DNA of 64,000 nucleotides from Acidimicrobiales bacterium. GTDB lineage: Bacteria; Actinomycetota; Acidimicrobiia; Acidimicrobiales; GCA-2861595. The notes under the pieces were generated by a model. That model saw nothing but the letters and a program-made list of their open reading frames with translations. It ran no database searches and had not been told where the DNA came from. The DNA lies in assembly GCA_030448025.1 (NCBI GenBank), contig JAUJNQ010000001.1:474970-538969 (forward strand), written 5' to 3'. Below are positions 1-10,375 of the stretch, one piece after another (positions within the stretch are counted from its first letter, which is position 1; each line of letters opens with the position of its first letter). The position numbers and the translations under genes are program-made.

Positions 1-470
1 CGGTCAGTAGTCATCTCTGAAGGAACGCTCGATGTCAAGAGCCTCCGACGAAGGAGGTGACGATTTCTTCGCACGTGTCGCGGTCCCTCAGTTGGAACAC
101 GGACGCGTTGAAGCACGGCCCCCGCTGGGGGCCCACACGGCAGGGCGGTCAAGGCCGGCCGGAGGCCGCCCGTAGGGGAAGCCTTGACGGCCCGATCAGG
201 TGCCGTTCAGGACAATGGTCGTCGAGTCCCGCCTGGGACTCATTGGCCGCCTCTTCCTGCTCGGTTCGGAAGGGTGCGGCGCGGTGCGGTCTTCTCCAGG
301 GCCAGACGATGCTGGCGGGCATGCCCGGTAATCCGGGTGCCGGTCATCTCTTCGCCACGACGAGGTGGCATGGAGTTCTGCGGCCGCAGCTGGACGGGTT
401 CAATCAAGTGCTCGGCCTCGATGCGGGCCATGACAAACAGCGAACTCGCGTCCGGCTGCGCCGGATGGGC

Positions 471-1090
471 TCACCCTGTCTCGGCCAGGCAGCGGATCTC
501 GCCGTCGCGCAGGCCGTAGTAGACGAGGGTGAGGAGCTTGCGGGCGCCGGCGACTCGGCCGATGGCTTTGCCCCGCCGCTCGGCGACACGGTGGTGATGG
601 GCCCGGATGGGGGTGGCGCCCCGCTGGCGGGCCACCGCCTCCACCGCGGCCCAGCGCACCAGCCGGCTGCCCTGCTTGGTGATGTGGCCCCGGTGCACGG
701 TGGTGTCGGACTCACGGTGTCGTGGGGTGAGGCCGGCCCAGCTGCACAGCTGGCGGGGACCGGGGAAGCGGGAGACGTCGCCGATCTCGACCACGAAGAT
801 GGCGGCCAGCACCGGACCCACTCCACCGATGGCCTGGATGGCGTGATAGCCGGCGTCATTCTCCAGGGCGGCGACGATGCGCCCCCGAGCATGTCCACCT
901 CCCGGTCCACAACCTCGAGGATGTCGCGCAGGGACTCGGCGCGGATGGCGTAGGCCTGGCCCAGCTCGCAGGTGTCGAGCAAACCCTGGCCGGCCACGCC
1001 GAAGAGGTCCGACACCGGAACGGCCACGCCCTCCTTGGCCAACACGGCGTGCACCTGGGCCTTGAGACCGGAGCGCAGGTTGACCAGCTT
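471..1090 (-). pseudogene. IS110-family transposase, C-terminal part (Transposase_20-like), frameshifted and cut off from its N-terminal part by the RIT insertion
   Basis: Two overlapping minus-strand ORFs (404..1054 and 471..1190) together read ...KLVNLRSGLKAQVHAVLAKEGVAV...DMLGG / RIVAALENDAGYHAIQAIGGVGPVLAAIFVVEIGDVSRFPGPRQLCSWAGLTPRHRESD...ITKQGSRLVRWAAVEAV. The frame switches at the C5 run 882-886. The segment is 620 nt, one short of a multiple of 3. Confidence 0.85.
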
Positions 1091-1179
1091 GGCCCGTTAT
1101 GCCGAGGACCGGATTATGCCGAGCTTTTGAGAACGTCCCTGGTGGGGAGCGTGCCGAGGCGAGCTTCCTCGGCATAATC
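1091..1179. repeat. RIT left terminal inverted repeat
   Basis: ggcccgttatgccgaggaccggattatgccgagcttttgagaacgtccctggtggggagcgtgccgaggcgagcttcctcggcataatc is the reverse complement of 4341-4429, with 88/89 identity. It contains internal tatgccga(g) sub-repeats. Confidence 0.9.
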
Positions 1180-1233
1180 GGGATGACCACGTGACGCTTC
1201 TTTCCGCACGACCACTGCGGAAAGGAGACGGCT

Positions 1234-2424
1234 GTGAGTTCAGGACAGGGTCACGTGAGGGGCGTCCTCGCTCCGTGGGGGGAGGGCTTCCGGGAGAAGC
1301 TGCTCTCCCGCGGATACTCGTGGGGATCTGCTGCGCACCAGGTTCACCTGATGGCGCACTTCAGCGGATGGCTTGGGGAAAGCGAGCTCTCGCCCGGTCA
1401 GGTCGATCGCGCTGCCATTGCCGCGTTCCTCCGGACTCGACGGTCCGAGGGCTACGTGAAACTGCTCTCGGGCCGGGCGATGGCACCGATGATCGAGCAC
1501 CTGCGCGACCTGGGCGTCGTTCCGCCCGAAGCGCCACCCCCGTTGGCACCGGCCGAGGCGCTCCTCGGCGAGTTCGCGCAGTACTTGTTCGATGAGCGCG
1601 GTCTCGCCCAAGACAGCGTGCGCAGCTACGTCGGCGTGGCGCGGCGGTTCCTCGCCCATATGGGTAGCGACGAGTTCGCGGGATTGAGTGCCGGCGCGGT
1701 AGCGGGCTTCGTCAGAGATGAGTGCGCCCGTCGAGGTATCGGTTCGGCAAAGACCACGGTGACCGGAGCGCGGGCCTGGCTGCGCTTCCTCCATCGAACG
1801 GCGAGGACGCGGATGTCGCTCGCCCCGGCGGTGCCGTCGGTCGCGAACTGGTCGCTCGCCGGCTTGCCTCGGGCCATCGGCACAACGGAACTGACACGTC
1901 TTCTCCGAAGTTGTGACCGGCGCACAGCGGTCGGGCGGCGTGACTTCGCGATCGTGACCGTCTGCTCGCGCCTCGGGCTTCGCGCTGGGGAGGTGGCGGG
2001 ACTCGAGCTCGCCGACATCGAATGGCGACGAGGCGAACTCGTTATCGGGGGCAAAGGGGCACGCCGCGATCGGTTGCCGCTGCCGGCTGACGTTGGAGAG
2101 GCGATCGCCGCCTGGCTGAAACGGGGACGGCCAAGTGGCGTCGACACAGCGGCGGTGTTCGTGCGCTTGCGCGCCCCGCACGGCCCGCTTGCATCGACGG
2201 GAGTCTCGGCCGTCGTGAGGCGAGCCTCGGTCCGCGCTGGGCTAGAGCCGATCGGCGCGCACCGCCTCCGGCACACGGCGGCGACGAGGATGCTGCAGGC
2301 CGGGGGCAACCTCATAGAGGTCGGCCAGGTACTCGGTCACGAGCGGCTGCTCACGACGGCCGTCTACGCGAAGGTCAACCGCTCGGCGCTCGCCGAGGTC
2401 GCCCAGCCCTGGCCAGCGCGATGA
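1234..2424 (+). CDS. Tyrosine recombinase, RIT subunit A (396 aa)
   Basis: GTG start with an AAAGGAG RBS 6 nt upstream. C-terminal catalytic region HRLRHTAATRMLQAGGNLIEVGQVLGHERLLTTAVYAKV (R..HxxR..H..Y). The stop overlaps the next start (ATGA). Confidence 0.9.
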   Translation: MSSGQGHVRGVLAPWGEGFREKLLSRGYSWGSAAHQVHLMAHFSGWLGESELSPGQVDRAAIAAFLRTRRSEGYVKLLSGRAMAPMIEHLRDLGVVPPEAPPPLAPAEALLGEFAQYLFDERGLAQDSVRSYVGVARRFLAHMGSDEFAGLSAGAVAGFVRDECARRGIGSAKTTVTGARAWLRFLHRTARTRMSLAPAVPSVANWSLAGLPRAIGTTELTRLLRSCDRRTAVGRRDFAIVTVCSRLGLRAGEVAGLELADIEWRRGELVIGGKGARRDRLPLPADVGEAIAAWLKRGRPSGVDTAAVFVRLRAPHGPLASTGVSAVVRRASVRAGLEPIGAHRLRHTAATRMLQAGGNLIEVGQVLGHERLLTTAVYAKVNRSALAEVAQPWPAR

Positions 2425-3344
2425 GCGCCCTCCGCCAACATGTCGCGGACTACCTCGCCATGCGCCGCGCCCTTGGCTTCCGGCTCGAGCGCGCCGGTGC
2501 GCTGCTCACCCAGTTCGTCGCCTTCGCCGAAGAGGAAGGCACAGATGTCATCAAGGTCCAGCTCGCGCTCGCCTGGGCACGCCTTCCACGGGGCGCGAGC
2601 CCCACTTGGGTGGCGAGACGTCTCCAGGTCGTGCGGCCCTTCGCCCGCCACCTGGCGGTCATCGACCCGGCGAACGAGGTGATCCCCATCGATCTCTGCG
2701 CGGTTCGAGTCACGCGCCGGTTGCCCTATCTGTATTCGCCCGAGGAGATCGCCGCCCTGATGTCGGCGGCGAGACAGCTGAAGGACCCCTTGAAGGCGGC
2801 GACCTTCGAGACCCTGGTGGGCCTGTTGGCGTGCACGGGGCTTCGTGCCGGAGAAGCGATGCGGCTCGATCGCGGCGACTTCGATGCCGAGGGGGCGTTG
2901 CTGACCGTGCGCAACTCGAAGTTCAACAAGTCCCGACAGGTCCTCCTCGACAGCACCACGGTGCAGGTGCTTCGTCGCTATGGCCGCCGGCGCGACGAGC
3001 TCTGCCCGTCTCCACCAACGCCGGCGCTGCTTCTGTCGAGCACCGGGGCGCGCCTCGGCCATCCCGTCCTCCAGCCCACATTCGTCGGGCTGCTCCGCCA
3101 AAGCGGTGTCGGCACGTCGGCACCTCGCCGTCCGAGGGTCCACGATCTTCGCCACTCTTTCACCGTCGTCACGCTGCTTCGGTGGTCTCGAGACGGCGGG
3201 GACGTCGCAGCGCGCATGCCAGCTCTGTCGACCCATCTCGGCCATCGCGACCCGGGCTCCACGTATTGGTACTTGCAGGCGGCACCCGAGCTGCTCGGAT
3301 TGGCGGCAGATCGGCTGGAGGCAGCCTTCGGAGACGGCCGATGA
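2421..3344 (+). CDS. Tyrosine recombinase, RIT subunit B (307 aa)
   Basis: GLRAGEAMRL, HDLRHSFTVVTLL and LSTHLGHRDPGSTYWYLQ catalytic motifs. ATGA overlaps on both ends. Confidence 0.9.
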   Translation: MSALRQHVADYLAMRRALGFRLERAGALLTQFVAFAEEEGTDVIKVQLALAWARLPRGASPTWVARRLQVVRPFARHLAVIDPANEVIPIDLCAVRVTRRLPYLYSPEEIAALMSAARQLKDPLKAATFETLVGLLACTGLRAGEAMRLDRGDFDAEGALLTVRNSKFNKSRQVLLDSTTVQVLRRYGRRRDELCPSPPTPALLLSSTGARLGHPVLQPTFVGLLRQSGVGTSAPRRPRVHDLRHSFTVVTLLRWSRDGGDVAARMPALSTHLGHRDPGSTYWYLQAAPELLGLAADRLEAAFGDGR

Positions 3345-4333
3345 CGGCGCTCGCCCCGACCCTCCAGGCGTTCTTCACAGACCGGCTGATCGCCCAGCAT
3401 CAGGCGAGCGCCCACACTGTGGCCGCCTATCGCGACACCTTCCGGCTCTTGCTCTGTTTCGCTGAGGCCCACGTGGGCAAGGCGCCGTCCGTCCTCGACG
3501 TCGGGGACCTTGACGCCGACGTGATCGGTGCCTTCCTCGTCCACCTGCGAGACGACCGCCACAACGGCCCCCGGACGCGCAACGCCCGCCTGTCGGCGGT
3601 GCACGCCCTGTTCCGCTACGCGGCGCTGCGCCATCCCGAGCACGCCGCGACGATCCAGGGCGTCCTCGCCGTTCCACCCGCCCGCTTCGAAAGGGCCGAC
3701 ATCGCATTTCTCGATCAGGATGAGGTCGAGGCGCTGCTGGCGGCTCCCGACCGTTCCCGCTGGTTCGGCCGGCGGGACCACGCGCTCTTGGCCGTCGCCA
3801 TCCAAACCGGGCTGCGGGTCTCCGAGCTGACAGGGCTCACTTGCGGCGACGTGCACCTCGGAGCCGGGCCACACGTGCGCTGTGTCGGCAAATGCCGCAA
3901 ACAGCGCGCCACTCCGCTGACGACCGGGGTGATGGCGGTGCTTCGGGCCTGGCTCGACGAACGTGGTGCCGCGGAGGGCGATCCGCTCTTTTCGACCAGT
4001 CGCGGTCGACGGCTCAGCACCGACGCCGTCGCGCTGATCGTCGCGAAGCACGTCGAAGCTGCCGCCCAGTTCTGCCCGACCCTCGCCTCGAAGAACGTCT
4101 CGCCCCATGTGCTGCGCCACACCGCCGCGATGCGGCTCCTACATGCGGGTGTCGACACTTCCACAATCGCCCTCTGGCTCGGCCACGAGCAGGTCGAGAC
4201 GACCCAGATCTACCTTCACGCCGACCAGACGATCAAAGAACGAGCCCTGGCGCGTACCGCCCCACTCGGCGCAGCGCCCGGGCGCTATCGACCGCCGGAC
4301 ATGCTGCTCGCGTTCTTGGAGCAGCTCCGCTGA
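3341..4333 (+). CDS. Tyrosine recombinase, RIT subunit C (330 aa)
   Basis: Internal ATG at 3341 of ORF 2606..4333 (MTALAPTLQAFFTDRLIAQ...). SAM-like N-domain plus GLRVSELTGL, HVLRHTAAMRLLHAG and LWLGHEQVETTQIYLHA. Confidence 0.9.
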   Translation: MTALAPTLQAFFTDRLIAQHQASAHTVAAYRDTFRLLLCFAEAHVGKAPSVLDVGDLDADVIGAFLVHLRDDRHNGPRTRNARLSAVHALFRYAALRHPEHAATIQGVLAVPPARFERADIAFLDQDEVEALLAAPDRSRWFGRRDHALLAVAIQTGLRVSELTGLTCGDVHLGAGPHVRCVGKCRKQRATPLTTGVMAVLRAWLDERGAAEGDPLFSTSRGRRLSTDAVALIVAKHVEAAAQFCPTLASKNVSPHVLRHTAAMRLLHAGVDTSTIALWLGHEQVETTQIYLHADQTIKERALARTAPLGAAPGRYRPPDMLLAFLEQLR

Positions 4334-4340
4334 CGCCGTG

Positions 4341-4429
4341 GATTATGCCGAGGAAGCTCGCCTCGGCACGCTTCCCACCAGGGACGTTCTCAAAAGCTCG
4401 GCATAATCCGGTCCTCGGCATAACGGGCC
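4341..4429. repeat. RIT right terminal inverted repeat
   Basis: Reverse complement of 1091-1179 with a single mismatch. Confidence 0.9.
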
Positions 4430-4449
4430 CTATGCCGACATCGGCATAG
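4430..4449. repeat. 20-nt palindrome abutting the right RIT repeat
   Basis: ctatgccga-ca-tcggcatag has 9-bp arms and reuses the tatgccga sub-repeat of the terminal repeats. Confidence 0.7.
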
Positions 4450-4452
4450 CTT

Positions 4453-4842
4453 GCGGTAGCGCACCAGCTCTCGTAGCTCGCGCAGCTCAGGCGGGGCGAT
4501 CCAGGCCTCGGCCAGGCGTCCCATGCGCAGTAGGTCGATGAGGTCGGTGGCGTCGCGCTCGTCGTTCTTGACCCGGCGATGGCCCCAGTTGTTGCCGAGG
4601 GGATGGGCCAGGTGCACCCGGGCCCCGGCGTCGGCCAGCACGTCCGCGGCCCAGTACCACCCGTAACAGGCTTCGAGCACCACCTCGGGTTCGGGACCGG
4701 CCTCGGCCACCAGCGCGGCCAGGGTGGCTGCGTCGTTGTCGATGCGGGTGGTGTCCAACACCTCGCCGTCGGCGTCTCGGCGCACAATGACGCTGCGGCG
4801 GCGGTGCAGGTCGATACCCACGTACTGTCGTTGCTGTTCCAC
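4453..4842 (-). pseudogene. IS110-family transposase, N-terminal part (DEDD RuvC-like domain)
   Basis: A GTG at 4842 follows GGAAGGAG. It reads VEQQRQYVGIDLHRRRSVIVRRDADGEVL...VVLEACYGWYWAADVLADAGARVHLAHPLGNNWGHRRVKNDERDATDLIDLLRMGRLAEAWIAPPELRELRELVRYR. Beyond 4453 the frame runs into the RIT repeat. Confidence 0.85.
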
Positions 4843-5151
4843 TGGGGTCTCCTTCCGTCGTTGACGGGTTGGCTTGGAAACCCCGAGTGTGCTCCGTGCA
4901 CTCGGTCCCCGGCGACGGGAGGAGCTCCGGCGGATGGTGGAGGGGTTCAGCTCGGCCTTGGCCATGACGAGTTCCCTTGTCCTTGGCGCCCAGCCGGCTG
5001 GCATCTCCGGCTCGTCACGCAGGAACGGCGCTGCGTTCCTTCATCACATCAATCAATGGCCGAATCTGGATGCGGAGGACGACATGGCCAAACCCGGAAA
5101 CCGCACCTGCGCAGGGCAAACGCTCCTCGACGCGCTAGACCGCAGTACCCA

Positions 5152-5203
5152 GGGCGCTCTTACAAGGGAGGAAGTCGGGGTTCGAGTCCCTCAGCGCCCA
5201 CCA
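5152..5203 (+). pseudogene. tRNA-Val(TAC)-like truncated minihelix (acceptor stem, anticodon-loop-like CTTACAA, T-arm and CCA; no D-arm)
   Basis: gggcgct/agcgccc form a 7/7 complementary acceptor pair. T-loop ttcgagt sits in a cgggg/ccctc stem with one C-C mismatch. Discriminator A plus CCA. Only 52 nt, so about 24 nt (positions 8-31) are missing. Confidence 0.5.
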
Positions 5204-5310
5204 ACCAAGGTCGCCCTGGTCAATGACCCATTCTGCCTCTTAGGACAGCACTGGTCGGGTGGCTCAGAGCGGATTGTCAATGCTTGTCATCAGCGTCCTG
5301 GTCGCCTGAC

Positions 5311-5650
5311 ATGGGGCGGGCCACATCCGCAAGCGCAGGCGGGCCGCGACGCCACTCGTGGCAGGTGATCGTCACCACGCCTCGGGATCCGGCGCGGGCC
5401 GCTCCCGCCAAGTCAGCAGAACGGCGCGGACCAAGCGCGAGGCCGAGGAGCTGCTCACCCGGTTGGTCCACGAGGTGGACCAAGGCCACCACGGCGGACC
5501 GGACGTCACCGTGGCCGAGCTGCTGGAACGCTTCTACGCCATGGCCGCGCCCGACTGGTGGCCCAGACGGCACTCGATACTCGGTGCTTCATCGACAGCT
5601 ACATCGCCCCCCGACTCGGGACGACGAAGGGCCGGACGAACCTCGTCGGT
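5311..5650 (+). pseudogene. Phage-type tyrosine integrase, N-terminal remnant (at least 2 frameshifts, truncated)
   Basis: Three frames together read ..SWQVIVTTPRDP / SRQVSRTARTKREAEELLTRLVHEVDQGHHGGPDVTVAELLERFYAMAAPDW / TALDTRCFIDSYIAPRLGTTK. This is typical of an actinobacterial integrase arm-binding/SAM-like N-terminus. No catalytic domain follows. Confidence 0.6.
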
Positions 5651-5681
5651 CTGGCCTTAATGCCTCAAGGCGACCCCGGTC

Positions 5682-7907
<2,226 letters not shown>

Positions 7908-8005
7908 GCTGGAGAGATGGAGAGAGTGCCTTCCTCCCGGCAGGGGACGGCCGGTGATTCGCCGACACAGCCGCGCCGTAGGCGACGACGACCTGCGGTC
8001 TGGGT

Positions 8006-9418
8006 CTATGGGCTCCAAGGTGGGCGCTTGCCGGTGTACAGCTCCACCGGCACCGTGCCCGAGTAGGTCTTGTTGTAGCTCCAGTCAGGCTGCTTGTCCC
8101 AGTGACGGCTGTCCAGGACGGCTCGACCGCCCCGGATGTCGATGAGCTCGCTGATCAACTCGGGCGCCACCGGGTCCACGTCGCCGGACAGGTGGCCCTC
8201 CAACTCGTCGCCAAAGTGCTTCAGGATGCTGGCCAGCACCACCTGTTGTTGGATGGCCAGGTAGCAGCGGGCTCGGTCGGCCACGTCGGCGACGCGTCGG
8301 TTCATGACGTCGTAGTCGGTCCGCTGCAGGTTCGAGTGGCCGAGCCTCATGAGCAGGTCGGCCAGGGCCATGCCGTCGAGCTTGCAGGGCAGGCACTGAC
8401 CGCAGGACTCCACGGCCAGGAAGCGGGCCACGCCGGCGGCGACGGCGGCCATGTCGACTGTGTCGTCGAAGACGATGAAGCCGGCCGAGCCCACCCCGCT
8501 GCCGATGGCAGCCAGGTCCTCGTAGGTGACCGGTGTGTCGAGCCCGGAGGCAGGAATGATGCCGTTGGCCACCCCCGACATGACGGCCTTGATGCGTCTT
8601 CCTTCCCGGGGTCCTCCGCCGATCTCGTCGATGACCTCGCCCAGAGGCGTGCCCATCGGCACTTCGCCCACCCCGTGGTGATCGGTGTAGCCGGTGATGG
8701 TGCAGACCACTGTTCCCGGCGACTTCTCGGTGCCCACGGTTCGGAACCACGCCGGGCCGCGGCCCACGATGCGAGGGACATTGGCCAGCGACTCGGTGTT
8801 GTTGACCAGAGCCGGGCCGACGGGATCATCGTCGGTGACCTTGCCGAGCAGCCCGCGGCGGAAGGTGGTCACGACCCTGGGGAATGGCCAGCGCCCGTCG
8901 ATGGTCTCGAGCAGGGCGCTCTCCTCCCCGTAGAGGTACTCGTCGGGGCCCTCGTACACGACCAGCTCCACCCCGTCGCTCCAGTCGTCGGCCTCGGCCT
9001 CCTCGACGGCGGCGCGCACGCGCTCCACCTCACCCTCGAAGGATCGCTTGGTGGCGAATACCACCAGGTCGGCCCCGACGGCACGAGCGGCGATGAGGGC
9101 GCCCTCGACCACCAGGTAGGGGTTCCTGCGGAGGATGGTGCGGTCCTTGAGGGTCCCCGGCTCGCCCTCGGCGGCGTTGACCACCACGGTGGACGGCGTC
9201 GAGGACAGCGCCCGGTTCTCGGCCACCGTCTGCCACTTCCGGCCGACCGGAAAGCCAGCCCCCCCTCGTCCTCGCAGGCCGGAGGCGGTCACGGCCTCGA
9301 TGATGGCGTCCGGTTTGGCCGATCTGGCCGCGCTGAGGCCCTGGCCGCCGCCTCGGGCCACGTACTCATCCAAAGAGAGAATGGCGGTCGGGTAGAGCAC
9401 GCGGTGGGCGAGGGCCAC
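8006..9418 (-). CDS. NuoF-like NADH-binding flavoprotein (51-kDa subunit family), stand-alone
   Basis: GLRGRGGAGFPVGRKW, NAAEGEPGTLKDR and ESCGQCLPCKLDG (4Fe-4S) motifs. The start is uncertain (GTG at 9418 chosen). The ORF extension to 9706 would overlap the divergent CBS gene. Confidence 0.75.
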   Translation of the reverse strand: MALAHRVLYPTAILSLDEYVARGGGQGLSAARSAKPDAIIEAVTASGLRGRGGAGFPVGRKWQTVAENRALSSTPSTVVVNAAEGEPGTLKDRTILRRNPYLVVEGALIAARAVGADLVVFATKRSFEGEVERVRAAVEEAEADDWSDGVELVVYEGPDEYLYGEESALLETIDGRWPFPRVVTTFRRGLLGKVTDDDPVGPALVNNTESLANVPRIVGRGPAWFRTVGTEKSPGTVVCTITGYTDHHGVGEVPMGTPLGEVIDEIGGGPREGRRIKAVMSGVANGIIPASGLDTPVTYEDLAAIGSGVGSAGFIVFDDTVDMAAVAAGVARFLAVESCGQCLPCKLDGMALADLLMRLGHSNLQRTDYDVMNRRVADVADRARCYLAIQQQVVLASILKHFGDELEGHLSGDVDPVAPELISELIDIRGGRAVLDSRHWDKQPDWSYNKTYSGTVPVELYTGKRPPWSP

Positions 9419-9539
9419 GCCAGCCAGGGTAGCCCCAGCCGATGAAACTCTTACAGGCGGCTCACTTGGCCAGAGCACTAAAGTCCGGCTCGGCCCGGTG
9501 CGGTGGCACGCCACGGGCACCAGCATCCGGAGGTGGGCC

Positions 9540-9959
9540 ATGGAGATCGGACCGTTCGTCACCCGGTCAGCGTTGACGGTGGAGGAAGACGCGACCCTGC
9601 GGGATGCCGCGGTGTCGATGATGGAGCGGGGAGTGGGCTCGGCAGTGGTGCTGACCAACGGCAAACCCTCGGGGATCGTCACGGATCGAGAGGCGCTGGG
9701 GGCCATCGCTCAGGGCAAGGACGCCACAGCTTGCACCGTCGCCGACTTCGTGAAGGGCAAGCTGGCGACGGTGGTGGCGTCGCTCGACATCCTGGAAGCG
9801 GCCCGGGTCATGAGGCAGAAGGGCTTCCGCCACCTGGTAGTGGTGGACGACCAGGGCGAGCTCATGGGCGTGTTCTCCATGCGAGACCTCGTGGTTGGCC
9901 TCCTCGAAGAGCGGGCGTCGCTCCTGGCAGAGCCCGAGGGCGTTGAGGGGACCAGCTGA
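9540..9959 (+). CDS. CBS-domain pair protein
   Basis: ATG after GGAGGTGGG. Reads MEIGPFVTRSALTVEEDATLRDAAVSMMERGVGSAVV...GFRHLVVVDDQGELMGVFSMRDLV. Confidence 0.8.
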   Translation: MEIGPFVTRSALTVEEDATLRDAAVSMMERGVGSAVVLTNGKPSGIVTDREALGAIAQGKDATACTVADFVKGKLATVVASLDILEAARVMRQKGFRHLVVVDDQGELMGVFSMRDLVVGLLEERASLLAEPEGVEGTS

Positions 9960-10030
9960 GAAGCGCCCCTGAGACGCTCGTCCACACCGAGCGCCTGTTC
10001 GTAGGCGCCTCACCGATCCACGGTGACGGC

Positions 10031-10375
10031 GTGTTCGCGGCCCGCGCTTTGGACGACGGGGACCTGGTGGAGTGCTGCCCCGTGGTCGTGTGCCCACCAC
10101 ACCAGGAGGCGCTGCTCGAGGAGACGGAGCTACGCGGGCTGTACTTCACATGGGAGGACGACGCCATCGCCGTGGCTCTGGGTTTCGGCTCGCTCTACAA
10201 CCACTCCTGGCGACCCAACGCCAGGTACGAGCTCGACCACGGCCTGAAGGTCGTCCGCTTCTTCGCCGTGCGGGCGATCGACGAGGGAGATGAGGTCACC
10301 ATCAACTACACCGGCGACCCCGACGGCCGCGGTGATCTCTGGTTCGACGTCGCCGACCCGCCGTCGCAATCTTGA
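10031..10375 (+). CDS. SET-domain protein (putative lysine methyltransferase); N-terminus probably extends upstream
   Basis: GFGSLYNHSWRPNARY and GDEVTINY motifs. The frame is open from 9947 and encodes ..VHTERLFVGASPIHGDGVFAARAL, but has no ATG/GTG/TTG there. Confidence 0.7.
   Translation: MFAARALDDGDLVECCPVVVCPPHQEALLEETELRGLYFTWEDDAIAVALGFGSLYNHSWRPNARYELDHGLKVVRFFAVRAIDEGDEVTINYTGDPDGRGDLWFDVADPPSQS

Larger units (their letters stand above)
1091..4452 (+). mobile_element. RIT (recombinase-in-trio) element inserted into the IS110 transposase gene
   Basis: Three tandem tyrosine recombinase genes with ATGA start/stop overlaps, bounded by 89-bp inverted repeats (1 mismatch). Joining the flanks 1090 and 4453 restores the IS110 frame (..ELVRYRKLVNLRSG..). 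AGCTT is present at 1086-1090 and 4448-4452. Confidence 0.85.

Noticed and set aside
240-431. 63-aa minus-strand ORF downstream of the IS110 transposase stop, and the GAGTCCC-gcct-GGGACTC hairpin at 236-253
   Set aside because: I could not assign any family. The ORF probably lies in non-coding IS110 end sequence. The hairpin alone is insufficient evidence for a feature.
57-953. 298-aa plus-strand ORF at the left edge
   Set aside because: It is antisense to the IS110 transposase C-terminal region and has no motifs.
2606-3340. 245-aa N-terminal extension of the third RIT recombinase ORF
   Set aside because: It overlaps RitB out of frame and is Arg/Pro-rich. The ATG at 3341 forms an ATGA overlap with the RitB stop and begins a normal recombinase N-domain.
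5040-5203. Possible tmRNA (ssrA) 3' end
   Set aside because: The T-arm/acceptor/CCA resembles a tmRNA terminus, but the acceptor pair at position 3:70 is G:C, not the G:U required for alanylation. No tag-peptide reading frame ending in a hydrophobic ..AA stop is present, and the complementary 5' strand lies only 35 nt upstream.
8102-9445. 447-aa plus-strand ORF opposite the NuoF-like gene
   Set aside because: Same antisense artefact. NuoF motifs are present only on the minus strand.
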